From: Candidatus Jordarchaeales archaeon
GTDB taxonomy: Archaea > Asgardarchaeota > Jordiarchaeia > Jordiarchaeales > Freyrarchaeaceae
NCBI GenBank assembly: GCA_038858525.1
Contig: JAWCFL010000007.1
Coordinates: 33,744-65,743 of the forward strand
Direction: 5' to 3'
Length of the DNA: 32,000 bases
Positions 8,644 to 17,836 of this stretch are shown in pieces. Under the pieces are notes generated by a model, which was not told the origin of the DNA, ran no database searches, and was given only the letters and a program-made list of their open reading frames with translations. A program made the translations under genes and the position numbers. Position 1 is the first letter of the stretch. Each line of letters starts with the position of its first letter.

Positions 8644-8975
8644 GTCTAAGGTGTGTGAAGCTCTCCGAAAAACAGAAGAGGGAGCTTGCCTCCTACTTGT
8701 TGAAGTTAAAGAAGTTAAACGTCACCGAGGTTTACTTGTTCGGTTCAAGGGTTCACGGTGTCCCTTTCGAAGACAGCGACCTTGACATTATAGTGGTCTC
8801 AGAGGAGTTCGGCAAGCGCAGCTTCATCGAGAACATGCAGTTGCTGAGCGAGCTGTGGGACGGCTCATTCACAATAGAAGCCTTCCCCTACACCCCTGAG
8901 CAGATAAGGAAATATAAAGGGAGAAAGGTCACGGTGACCGAGGCGCTGGAGAAGGGAATCAGGATCGAGCTCTGA
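8640..8975 (+). CDS. Minimal nucleotidyltransferase (MNT)
   Basis: YLFGSRVHGVPFEDSDLDIIVVS; ATGA overlap with the HEPN stop supports a start at 8640 (track 8613). Confidence 0.88.
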   Translation: MSLRCVKLSEKQKRELASYLLKLKKLNVTEVYLFGSRVHGVPFEDSDLDIIVVSEEFGKRSFIENMQLLSELWDGSFTIEAFPYTPEQIRKYKGRKVTVTEALEKGIRIEL

Positions 8976-8989
8976 GCAGCGCTCAAGGT

Positions 8990-9886
8990 TTACCTCGGTT
9001 TGAATGCTAAGACGCACTTCTCCTTTCTGACAACGCTCGCCACGAACCCCACGCTCCCAAGCCTAGCGGCGACACCCTTAGCCAAGTCCTTCCCACGTAT
9101 AAGCTGCCCGGGGGAGCCAACATAGTGGAATAAGGAGCCGCCCGGCTTAAGCACCCTGAAAAGCTCCCTGTAAAAGTCCTGCGAGTAAAGCTCGCCAGCC
9201 AGACCGAAGCGGGGAGGGTCGTGGAGCACCCTGTCAAAGGAGCAGTCACCAAACTCACCTATGACTTCGAAGGCGTCACCATGAATCACCGTAACCTTCT
9301 CCAACTCCCGGGACCACGGATTATACTCCGCGAACCTCAGCACGGTCTCAGACTTCTCAATGCTCGTAACCCTAGCCCCCCTACGCAGAGCGTGAATAGC
9401 AGTGTAACCAAGACCCGTACACACATCCAGAACCCTATCCCTCGGCCTGACGCCGAGCACCCTAACCTTCCGCCTCGAGTCATCCCACGGAGTCATACCC
9501 AAAACCCTATGCATGTAGACGCCATTAATCTGGAGAGTCGGAGCAGACCCCTCAACCACACACCTAAGCTTGTAATACGTTTCCTCCTCGGGGCTCCACT
9601 CCTCAAGCAGCCTAACCCCCCCGTCCTCAACCACGCAGACCGAGCCATCACACCTCCCAGCAAACTCGCGAAGCACACCAACCTCAACACCGACACCATT
9701 AGGCAGAAAAGCCACACCACCCTCAACCCTAACACTGCTAACAGACAAGCCGAGGTCCAAGCTCACCTCCACCACCCCCTCCCCCCCAGCAATACGACCA
9801 GCACCCCAACAGGACAAAACAGGCAAACCCCTAAACCTGAAACCCCAAACCCTCAAACCCAACACCACACACGACAAATACACCAA
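8990..9886 (-). CDS. Class I SAM-dependent methyltransferase (archaeal COG2521-like)
   Basis: VLDVCTGLGYTAI (motif I), IHGDAF, DRVLHDPPRF, LKPGG; N-terminal VEVSLDLG. True start is probably downstream of 9886. Confidence 0.88.
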   Translation of the reverse strand: MVYLSCVVLGLRVWGFRFRGLPVLSCWGAGRIAGGEGVVEVSLDLGLSVSSVRVEGGVAFLPNGVGVEVGVLREFAGRCDGSVCVVEDGGVRLLEEWSPEEETYYKLRCVVEGSAPTLQINGVYMHRVLGMTPWDDSRRKVRVLGVRPRDRVLDVCTGLGYTAIHALRRGARVTSIEKSETVLRFAEYNPWSRELEKVTVIHGDAFEVIGEFGDCSFDRVLHDPPRFGLAGELYSQDFYRELFRVLKPGGSLFHYVGSPGQLIRGKDLAKGVAARLGSVGFVASVVRKEKCVLAFKPR

Positions 9887-10029
9887 ACAACAAAAAACAC
9901 AAAAATATCTACCTTACGCAAAACCAGAACAAACCGGAAAACCCACAGAAAAAGGCGGACAAGACACACGTAAAATACAACAACAAGAGAAAAAAGATAA
10001 AATTAGGGAAGCAGTCATTCAGTCCCTGC

Positions 10030-11457
10030 TCACTTCCAAGGCCAGTGAGTGAACGACTCGTATATCAGGAGCCACAGGATGCCGCCAAGCACGAACCAGC
10101 CAAGGACACACGAAGTGGCCAAGTGCTGCATCGCCGCCTGAATCTCCATGAACGGCAGCATGCCGTTTAGCAGAAGGTATGGTGCAAGCCCTGATAGCGG
10201 CGCTGGAAGAGCCGCTGCGGCTTCTGCATACCCGATCCACGCATAGTAAGCTAGTGCTTGCAATCCCGAGGCTCCTGCGACCGTTCCTACTCCTGATAGA
10301 GCCATTGCTACTGATGGAGTGCCTAGCACAACAAAGAACACTATGACGCCCACTATGACCGCGACCACTAACGCTAGTATTTTACCCTTGAGTCCCTTAG
10401 CAGCAAACCAGTGCAGCTGGAACGGGTGCTGAAGTATCAGTATAGCTAGCACAATGCATAACAGGAGAGCGGTCACATTTGCTGGGGCACGTATACTGAG
10501 CATTAACGGGATTTCGAATATCATCGTGATCGTGACGGAGTACGGATAGGCGAAGACGTGCGGCGCTGAACCTATGATCGGCATGAGGACGAACCAGAGT
10601 ATTACGCCGATTATTATTCCTGTGACAATGTTTAGTATGCCCTTTATGGGTTGCGCTCTACCATCATATGGTCTGACAAGTCCTACGATGCTGAAGCCCG
10701 CTATTATGCCGACGAGTAGTGAAATCCACTGGTCGTAGTGGTTGAAGGGTGCGAGCGGCTGGAGCAACGAAGTGAAGAGGTCGTGGCCGGGCAGGTACAT
10801 CTCGAAGAACGTTGCTCCGCTCCAAGCCAGCGTGTTGAAGATCAAGTATAGTATGCCTGCTATTATCCATGAGATCACGGTATACATAGCGCCTCTTACT
10901 AGTGGGTGCATTGTGGCTTTCTTTGGCACTATTGGCCAGAAGTCGAGTTGCGTCGCCCATATTGGGAACACGAGGAAACCACACGTGCCCAGCAGTAGCA
11001 TCTCATAGCCTTTGAAGCCCATTGCACCTAGGACGTAAAACGTTGCGAATGCTAGGATCAACGAAAGGGCGGCTGTGATTAGCCCGCTTTGAGGCTGCTT
11101 GGGTGGCTCCTTCCTCTGGAAGGGCATGCAGAGCACAGCAATGACTATGAACCAAACGATGCCGAAGACTATCACTGCCATCCAGTCAAGCGGGTACCCT
11201 AACGGATTGAGAATGACGGTGTCTGCTCCTCTCAGAGCTAAGGCTGGCGCTAGGAGCGCCGCAAGCTCCCCACTGACGCCGAATGCTGGCAGTATCTCAT
11301 GTAGAACGAATGCATCCATTACTACTAGTCTTGTCAGTATTCCTCCTACTGGGTTGAGGAACACCATGTACATTATGAAGGCGATGGAGTATATTGTGAG
11401 CAGGGACAGTATTCCAAGCCAGGGCTGCTTAAATTTTCCTGCCTCCTCTCCCGCCAT
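10030..11457 (-). CDS. Multi-pass membrane protein, putative transporter, function unknown
   Basis: 475 aa with roughly a dozen hydrophobic segments; internal P(F/Y)...(Q/H)PxxG repeats; GGAGAGG-like RBS and AT-rich promoter upstream. Confidence 0.75.
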   Translation of the reverse strand: MAGEEAGKFKQPWLGILSLLTIYSIAFIMYMVFLNPVGGILTRLVVMDAFVLHEILPAFGVSGELAALLAPALALRGADTVILNPLGYPLDWMAVIVFGIVWFIVIAVLCMPFQRKEPPKQPQSGLITAALSLILAFATFYVLGAMGFKGYEMLLLGTCGFLVFPIWATQLDFWPIVPKKATMHPLVRGAMYTVISWIIAGILYLIFNTLAWSGATFFEMYLPGHDLFTSLLQPLAPFNHYDQWISLLVGIIAGFSIVGLVRPYDGRAQPIKGILNIVTGIIIGVILWFVLMPIIGSAPHVFAYPYSVTITMIFEIPLMLSIRAPANVTALLLCIVLAILILQHPFQLHWFAAKGLKGKILALVVAVIVGVIVFFVVLGTPSVAMALSGVGTVAGASGLQALAYYAWIGYAEAAAALPAPLSGLAPYLLLNGMLPFMEIQAAMQHLATSCVLGWFVLGGILWLLIYESFTHWPWK

Positions 11458-11701
11458 TCCCGAATTCCTCCTCTCCTTAAGGTTTGGAGTCTTCTATCTT
11501 TTTGAGGTTATTTAAATTTAACGCTTGCCATGCGTCGAGTATTCGACAAACGTCTATTTTTCCAAAATTTTTATTAACTTATAGAAAAACTATCATGGAT
11601 GAACGTAAAAACAAATAATTTTTCTCTAAAGAAGTATGCGATTAACAAGGTTTGTTTAGTTCATAAAACGGAAAGCGTCATCAATCGTCTTAGGTGATCG
11701 C

Positions 11702-12148
11702 TTGGAGCACGCTTCCCGTTTTATTGTTTGGACTATTGGGACTAGTGTCAGATCGGCTGGGGAGTTCGTTTCCATTTTGAAGCGGCTGGGCGTTGAGGTC
11801 GCTGTTGACGTGAGGAGGTTTCCCACTTCTCGGTTTGAATGGTTTAAAAAGGAGGAGCTAAGACGAATTCTGGGGGAGGCTGGGATCGGTTATGTTCACA
11901 TCGAGGGGCTTGGCGGGTACCGGAAGGGTGGATACGAAAAATACATGGGAACGGAGGAATTCAGAAGAGCTTTCGAGGAGCTTTTGAGGCTCGTCGAGAG
12001 CGGGGCGCGTGTCGCCATTTTATGCTCGGAGCGCCTGTTCTTTAAGTGTCACAGGAGATTCATAGCGGATGAGCTGACGCGTAGAGGCGTAACGGTCATC
12101 CATGTGCTCGAGGAAGGAAAAACATGTGTGCATAAAAATAGAACGTAG
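11702..12148 (+). CDS. DUF488 family protein
   Basis: WTIGTS...VAVDVRRFPTSR...LGGYR...CSERLFFKCHRRFIAD. Confidence 0.9.
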   Translation: MEHASRFIVWTIGTSVRSAGEFVSILKRLGVEVAVDVRRFPTSRFEWFKKEELRRILGEAGIGYVHIEGLGGYRKGGYEKYMGTEEFRRAFEELLRLVESGARVAILCSERLFFKCHRRFIADELTRRGVTVIHVLEEGKTCVHKNRT

Positions 12149-12202
12149 TTGTGAGTGCTTGGGTGGAAAGCATCGCGAAAAACACATTGTGGACATTGGT
12201 AG

Positions 12203-12997
12203 CTATGGCGTCCTAGGTATACCTAGGAGGGATTTTACCATGTTTTCTCTCGCCCACTCTTTCTCGCTTACGAACTCCATTATTAGGGCAACTTGAGGCG
12301 GGTTGGGGAAGAGCCGCTCCACGATCTCGCTCACACTTAGCCCTTCCCTATGCATCTCCTCAACTTGCTCTTTAAGACCCTTCAGGTATATTAGGTAGGC
12401 TTCGACGTCCCGCCTGGTCATTGGTCCAGGGCCACCGAAGGCCATTTCAAAGTCCAGCTTCATGATGTCCTCTAGGGACCTTATGGTCTCATTGACTTCT
12501 TCCTCTCTCATCCAGACCACCTGCTTGTTCGATATCGCTAGGTCCCCGCTGAAGAGGAAGCCGTCAACTAGGAATGAAACGTGGTCGAAGGTGTGACCGG
12601 GAGTCTCAACGACCTCAACGTCCACTTCGCCGAGGCTAAACGACTTGTCCAGAGGCTCTGCTTCGACTGGCTCAGGCTGCCCCCAAACCACCTTTCTGTA
12701 CTGGGGTATCTGCGGCGGCGTCTGGAGTAGGGGGATGGTTTTCTCGGATGCGAAGACTCTAGCGCCTCTAGTTTTGAGTATGGGTGCTGCTCCCACGTGG
12801 TCCTCATGGTAGTGAGTTACAAGTACTCCCTTAGTCTCTCTTAGAGCGGCGGCAACTTCACCCGCGATGTTGGGGCAACCGCAATCAAAAACCAATCCCC
12901 TGTAACAGTAGAAGTGAGTCCAGTAAAGAACTCTTCCCTCCACCTCTGTCCCACACTTGAAGACCTCAACGCCATTAATAGAGCTACTGATTATCAT
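12203..12997 (-). CDS. Metallo-beta-lactamase-fold hydrolase
   Basis: THYHEDHVG (HxHxDH), TPGHTFDH, FSGDL motifs. Confidence 0.9.
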   Translation of the reverse strand: MIISSSINGVEVFKCGTEVEGRVLYWTHFYCYRGLVFDCGCPNIAGEVAAALRETKGVLVTHYHEDHVGAAPILKTRGARVFASEKTIPLLQTPPQIPQYRKVVWGQPEPVEAEPLDKSFSLGEVDVEVVETPGHTFDHVSFLVDGFLFSGDLAISNKQVVWMREEEVNETIRSLEDIMKLDFEMAFGGPGPMTRRDVEAYLIYLKGLKEQVEEMHREGLSVSEIVERLFPNPPQVALIMEFVSEKEWARENMVKSLLGIPRTP

Positions 12998-13182
12998 CAG
13001 ACCAGCCTCCAGAGCCCGTCCAGCTACCTCATGACCTTTTTCTCCAAACGATCACTTTAACTTAACGAACACATCCAAGAAAGAACGCTGAGAGAGAAAA
13101 ACGCTTTTTAACTTTACATGAGGCAAAACAGGAAGGGAGAAATGAGACAAACGAAAATGATGTGATTTGCGTGTGACGGCCG

Positions 13183-14592
13183 TCACCCTCTCGCGTCCTT
13201 GAAGCGCTTATACCAGTACATTTTTGATATCGTTTTCACGGCTCCTTGGAGCGAAGAAAAAACCGGGAAACCTGCATCTTGGAAGAATTTCGCCATCGCT
13301 CTTTCCGTCTCATGATAGTAACTGGAGTTCACCACTATGAATACTGGTTTGCCGTGCTCGTCCACCACGTGCCTGCAAGAAGCAATGGCGGTCTCAGCCA
13401 TGTCGCCCCTTCTATCGATCCCTCTAGCGTAGACGTGAAAGTTCTCGGGTTGAAGCTCTATTATGAGGCTGTGAATGTTTCTGTCTGAGGCAGCAGCGTC
13501 TAGTGCATCCATCATTCTCCCCCTAGCAAAAGCCATCCAGGCGTCCAGCGGGTTCTTAACGCTTGACCCGGCCGCTGGAATGAAGCTTCTGAGCCTTCTC
13601 TGAGTTTCCTCCTCGAACTCCGGCACCCTTAACCCGTACTTGGCGCACACGTCCGCGTAAACCACGCTTGAGCCGCCCGAATTAGTCATTATAGCGACCC
13701 CCCTTCCCTCAGGGAGCTTAGCGTACATAAACCCGACGGCCAAGTCGAGGAGGTCCTCGAAGAACTCGACCTGAATAACGCCCGTCTGCCTGCAGACGCC
13801 TTCCCAAACCCTAGCCGACCCAGCCAGAGACCCTGTGTGGAACGCCGCGGCTCTGGCCCCTTCCTCGCTCACGCCTCCCTTAAGTATGGCGACGGGCTTC
13901 TTCATACAAGTTTCCTTTAACAGTTCCAAGAGCCCGTTAGTCTTCTTGAATCCCTCCACGTAACCCAGTATAACGTTAGTCTTTGGGTCGTCCTTGAGGT
14001 ATTCGAGGAAGTCCACGAAGTCGAGGTCGCATGCATTGCCGTAACTTATAACTTTACTGAACCTCACGTTTCTGAGGCGTGCATTCGCGACGAGGTTCAC
14101 CGCTCTTCCCCCACTCTGTGATATGAACGCCACCGGGCCGGGCTCACTTGGCTGGTCGTTGGCGAACCTCAACCCGGACTCGGGACAATAAATCCCCATG
14201 CAGTTTGGGCCTATTATCCTGAAGCCGCTGGTCTCAGCAATTTCAGCCAGTTTCTCTTCTAGTGCTCTTCCCTCAGCTGTTCCTGTCTCGCTAAAGCCTG
14301 ACGTGAAAATGTGGACTGCCTTCACCCCTTTCTTGGCGCACTCAAGCAGGACGCTTGGCGTCTGGGTTGCTGGGACAGCGACAACTACGTAATCAACTTT
14401 TTCCGGAATATCCGCTATGCTCGCGTAACTCTTAATTCCCAAAACCTCCTTGTAGTTAGGGTTGACCACGAAAACCTTAAGTTTTCCAGCCTCAACCATA
14501 GCCTCCACGTAGTACCTCACGTTCCTATCGGAAGCTCCAACCACGGCAACGCTCTCGGGATAAAAAACTTGGCTAAGATCCATCAAGCACAC
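13183..14592 (-). CDS. Acyl-CoA synthetase (NDP-forming) alpha-type subunit / CoA-binding protein
   Basis: SVAVVGAS, GPNCMG, SQSGG, GNACDL, AFHTGSLAG (phospho-His), NSGG, NPLD. No ATP-grasp domain. Start likely ATG 14583. Confidence 0.9.
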   Translation of the reverse strand: MCLMDLSQVFYPESVAVVGASDRNVRYYVEAMVEAGKLKVFVVNPNYKEVLGIKSYASIADIPEKVDYVVVAVPATQTPSVLLECAKKGVKAVHIFTSGFSETGTAEGRALEEKLAEIAETSGFRIIGPNCMGIYCPESGLRFANDQPSEPGPVAFISQSGGRAVNLVANARLRNVRFSKVISYGNACDLDFVDFLEYLKDDPKTNVILGYVEGFKKTNGLLELLKETCMKKPVAILKGGVSEEGARAAAFHTGSLAGSARVWEGVCRQTGVIQVEFFEDLLDLAVGFMYAKLPEGRGVAIMTNSGGSSVVYADVCAKYGLRVPEFEEETQRRLRSFIPAAGSSVKNPLDAWMAFARGRMMDALDAAASDRNIHSLIIELQPENFHVYARGIDRRGDMAETAIASCRHVVDEHGKPVFIVVNSSYYHETERAMAKFFQDAGFPVFSSLQGAVKTISKMYWYKRFKDARG

Positions 14593-14722
14593 CGCCCGGC
14601 AACGTTTAGGCTCATGGAAAAAAGAGGAAATTTTAAACTTTACTCAGGGAGACTAATGAAAATTACAACATTGTGCAGCAATTGATAGACGCCTAAAAGT
14701 GCTCTTGATGCTCATTAAAGTT

Positions 14723-15928
14723 CTAACTCGTCTTTCTGCTGAGAACGAACTCACAGTAATTATCCCCCTTTGCGACACATTTTTCCTCCTTAGAAACGAA
14801 TGGAGGTTTCCCTTCAACCTCCGCGAAGTAGTTCAGGATCCCCTCCACAACCCACCCATAGGTGCAGACTGGCCTTCTCTTCAAACCCGTCTTCGCAATG
14901 TAGTCTTTAGCTGTCTCAGCGTAAATTGATTGGTACGTCCCTAAGACCACTCTTGACTCTTCGAACTCCACCAATTCAAGTTTCCCCCAACCCATTGAGG
15001 ATGCCGAGGATAAAAAGAAGTCTAGCACCCTCTCAAGGCCATACTTCCTTCCCTGCTTCGCGAGAAACCGGCCATAATCTAAATGGCTCCTCATATATGC
15101 TCCATACACGACTCCGCCGAACAACTCAACCGGAAGTAGCATCTGAGCAAGGGAGTACATTCCCCCCTCTACGAGAAGTATCCTCTCTCTCCCAATGCAA
15201 ATTTCTCCGTCGCCTCTCACCTCCAACATGTCAATGAGCTTCCATATTTTCTCGTTCATCCTTCCAGAGGAGGCATGAGCAATGGACTTCACACTCTTAC
15301 TGTGGAGAGAATGCGTGAGGTAATCTTCTTCCAAGTCCTGGAACGGGTCCTCCTCCCTTTCTGATCGCTCCACGTGAAACTCACAGTACTCGTCTCCAAG
15401 AGCAAAGCATTTGCCTGAGTCGTATGTGACCGGTATGCTGCCACCACTTCCCTCGCTTAATGCTGCTTTAACAGCTCCAACCCAACTGTAACCTAACCAA
15501 GAACAATCATAGAAGGGGAACTCGGTTTTTACGTTTTTAACGTTCCTCCTAAACCACTGCGTTATAGCTGGATCATATACTTTAACTACAACCTTAGGCT
15601 TGTCGAGGTCAGCCTCAACAATTTCCGCTTTGCCTCTTCCCCCTATGGTGTGTAGCCACGCGTATTTTTCAAGCGCCTCCTTTGGAGAGTATCCCTCATT
15701 CACGAGCATGTTTACCGTAATGAACCCGGGAATTGCTTGGAAGCGGAAGAAGTACGGCTTGGCCAGGAAGCCTAATGCGTTCATCATCTCCCTATAGATC
15801 ATTCCGGGTATTGTCTCAGCGATGAAGGCGCAGCGTAAGTTCCTCCAGAAAACCCTCCACTCATCAACGTGAAGTTCTCTTGTGTACTCTTCCTTAAGGG
15901 CAGAACCTGGCTTGCTCCTAGAGCTCAA
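14723..15928 (-). CDS. Tandem V4R (4-vinyl reductase/XylR-N-like) domain protein
   Basis: Two repeats ending KCFALGDEYCEF and KCVAKGDNYCEF; MGWG motif in the second repeat. Confidence 0.85.
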   Translation of the reverse strand: MSSRSKPGSALKEEYTRELHVDEWRVFWRNLRCAFIAETIPGMIYREMMNALGFLAKPYFFRFQAIPGFITVNMLVNEGYSPKEALEKYAWLHTIGGRGKAEIVEADLDKPKVVVKVYDPAITQWFRRNVKNVKTEFPFYDCSWLGYSWVGAVKAALSEGSGGSIPVTYDSGKCFALGDEYCEFHVERSEREEDPFQDLEEDYLTHSLHSKSVKSIAHASSGRMNEKIWKLIDMLEVRGDGEICIGRERILLVEGGMYSLAQMLLPVELFGGVVYGAYMRSHLDYGRFLAKQGRKYGLERVLDFFLSSASSMGWGKLELVEFEESRVVLGTYQSIYAETAKDYIAKTGLKRRPVCTYGWVVEGILNYFAEVEGKPPFVSKEEKCVAKGDNYCEFVLSRKTS

Positions 15929-16120
15929 CGGTTACACCACCGCGCGACGAGCAATTTGTTTATTATTTAAAATATGTTACACGTATAATTAAGCGTTTCT
16001 GAATTATAATTCTTTCTTTATGGGAAAACCGCATTAAATAATCATAATAACCTAAATATTTAACACTTATGATGGAAAGTGGATAAAAAGAACGAGGAGA
16101 AAATGTATTTTTTATCGTGG

Positions 16121-17344
16121 TCATATTTGTTGGATCGTGAACTCGCAGAACTTGTCTCCTCTCGCTACGCATTTTTCCTCTTTAGATGTGAAGGAGGGCT
16201 TCCCTTCCTTCTCGGCGAAGTAGTTAAGGATCCCCTCCACTATGTAGCCCATGGTGGTGCAGACTGGTTGTGGCTCGAGCCCCTTCAGTTTCCTGTATGC
16301 TCCTGATTCCTCACCGTAGAGCGGTTGGTGGATCAGGAATTTGGCTTTCGAGTCACTGAACTCCGTTATCTCCATGTTGCCCCAACCCATTGATGATGCT
16401 GAGGCCAAGAAGAATTTTAGCACCCTTTCAGCACCGTAATTTTCACCTTGCTCTGAAAGGTATCGCCCGTACTCGTTGTTAGCTCTCCTGTATATTGCGT
16501 ATATAACGTCTCCGAACTTTTCAAGGGGCAGCATCCAGTACGCAATGGAAAATAGTATGCCGGGAGCTAGCAGCGTTCTGTCTCTCCCTATCCCCACGGA
16601 GCCATCCTCTCTTACCTCTAGGACTCTAAGGAATCCTCTGATTGCCTCCTCAGGGTTTCCAGGTGCGTGATCCCCATTAATTGCCGCCTTAACCTTTTCG
16701 TAACTGAAAAGCTCCCCGGGTATAGTGGACTCCATTAGGCGTAGATTCTCGTTTTCTCCCCGCGTTATAATCCATTCGCAGTATTTTCCTCCTTTGGCGA
16801 GACACTCCGTCTCCTCGTAAACTAGGGAGGGCGCGCTCGCCTTCATCCTCTCAATGACCGCTTTAACCGCTCCAGTCCAGCCATAACCCCACCATGCACA
16901 CTCATAGAACGGGAAAACCTTCTCCAAGTTTTCGACGTTATCCCTGAACCACGAGGCGATGCTTGAATTATACATCCTCACGGTAACTTCCGGCTTCTCA
17001 AGGTCAGCGTTAACAATTCTAGTGAAGCCCCACCCAGCTGCGCTGACGAAATTAGCGTACTTTTCGAGCGCCTCCTCTGGAAGGGTTCCGCTGCTGAGCA
17101 TGCGGCTTACCTCGGCGAAGCATGAGAGAGCAGTGAACTGAAGGACGACGCCTTTAAGAGACGGCCCCAGAACCCTCATAAGTTCCCTCGTGACGCGCAT
17201 GAGGAGCTCGCGAGAAATGAAGACGTAACGCATACCACCGTAGAGTATCCTCCACCCGTCAAATCTTAAGTTAGACTTGACATCTTCAAGGTGATGCTTC
17301 AGCTCTTCGATTGGCACACTCATACTCACAACCCCCTCCGTCAT
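16121..17344 (-). CDS. Tandem V4R domain protein, paralogue of 14723..15928
   Basis: AAGWG...ECLAKGGKYCEW and SMGWG...KCVARGDKFCEF; shared stretches with the neighbour (FPFY(E/D)C(A/S)W, VEGILNYFAExEGKP). Start may be ATG 17323. Confidence 0.85.
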   Translation of the reverse strand: MTEGVVSMSVPIEELKHHLEDVKSNLRFDGWRILYGGMRYVFISRELLMRVTRELMRVLGPSLKGVVLQFTALSCFAEVSRMLSSGTLPEEALEKYANFVSAAGWGFTRIVNADLEKPEVTVRMYNSSIASWFRDNVENLEKVFPFYECAWWGYGWTGAVKAVIERMKASAPSLVYEETECLAKGGKYCEWIITRGENENLRLMESTIPGELFSYEKVKAAINGDHAPGNPEEAIRGFLRVLEVREDGSVGIGRDRTLLAPGILFSIAYWMLPLEKFGDVIYAIYRRANNEYGRYLSEQGENYGAERVLKFFLASASSMGWGNMEITEFSDSKAKFLIHQPLYGEESGAYRKLKGLEPQPVCTTMGYIVEGILNYFAEKEGKPSFTSKEEKCVARGDKFCEFTIQQI

Positions 17345-17836
17345 GCATATTTCTGATACGCCTTCTCCTATTTTAACTTTATTTATAACTCTGGTGTTCG
17401 TCTAAGTGGAGCAGGTTGCTGATGAGGATTACTTGAAACTTTATGCCCGATAAGTAAGGAGCAAGTCGCGTGGAGAATCTCGTCTTCGCTCCTGCGAGCG
17501 TCAAGGGAGGTGACGTGTTCATTCCAGCGCTGGGAGAACTGCAAGTTAGCGTCTCGCCATATATGCCGAACCTGATCGAGATCGCACTGTGAAAGCTGAA
17601 AGCCAACAGGAAAGTTGAGCGGGGACTAATTGGTTTGCCGCATCTCTAACGTTAATTTTTTCGGCTCCTTTGAAACCATACCACATTCTGCTTCACAAAA
17701 ATTCCTCACAAAGGCCTAGCCGCTCTTTTAAGACAACGATAAGCCTCCATCGAATCCGCCCTGAAGCGCATAGTGGGGCTGGCGCCGGGCTCGGATAGAT
17801 TTTACCCGTTATCCGAGACGTGGCGAGCGTGTAGCG

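Noticed and set aside
9221-9973. 250-aa plus-strand ORF
   Set aside because: Antisense shadow of the methyltransferase; its P/T/N/H/Q-rich composition follows from the A+C skew.
13173-13186. 14-bp palindrome GTGACGGCCGTCAC
   Set aside because: It overlaps the acyl-CoA ligase stop codon; a single instance with no promoter context, so no function can be supported.
17379-17606. 75-aa minus-strand ORF
   Set aside because: No recognisable motif or convincing RBS; cannot be supported as a gene.
17560-17640. Selenocysteine read-through at an in-frame TGA
   Set aside because: The TGA is not in a redox motif or a recognisable protein, and no SECIS-like element could be supported.
17745-17830. tRNA suggested by TCGAATCC at about 17750
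   Set aside because: No GTTC T-loop context, acceptor stem or D-arm could be built.
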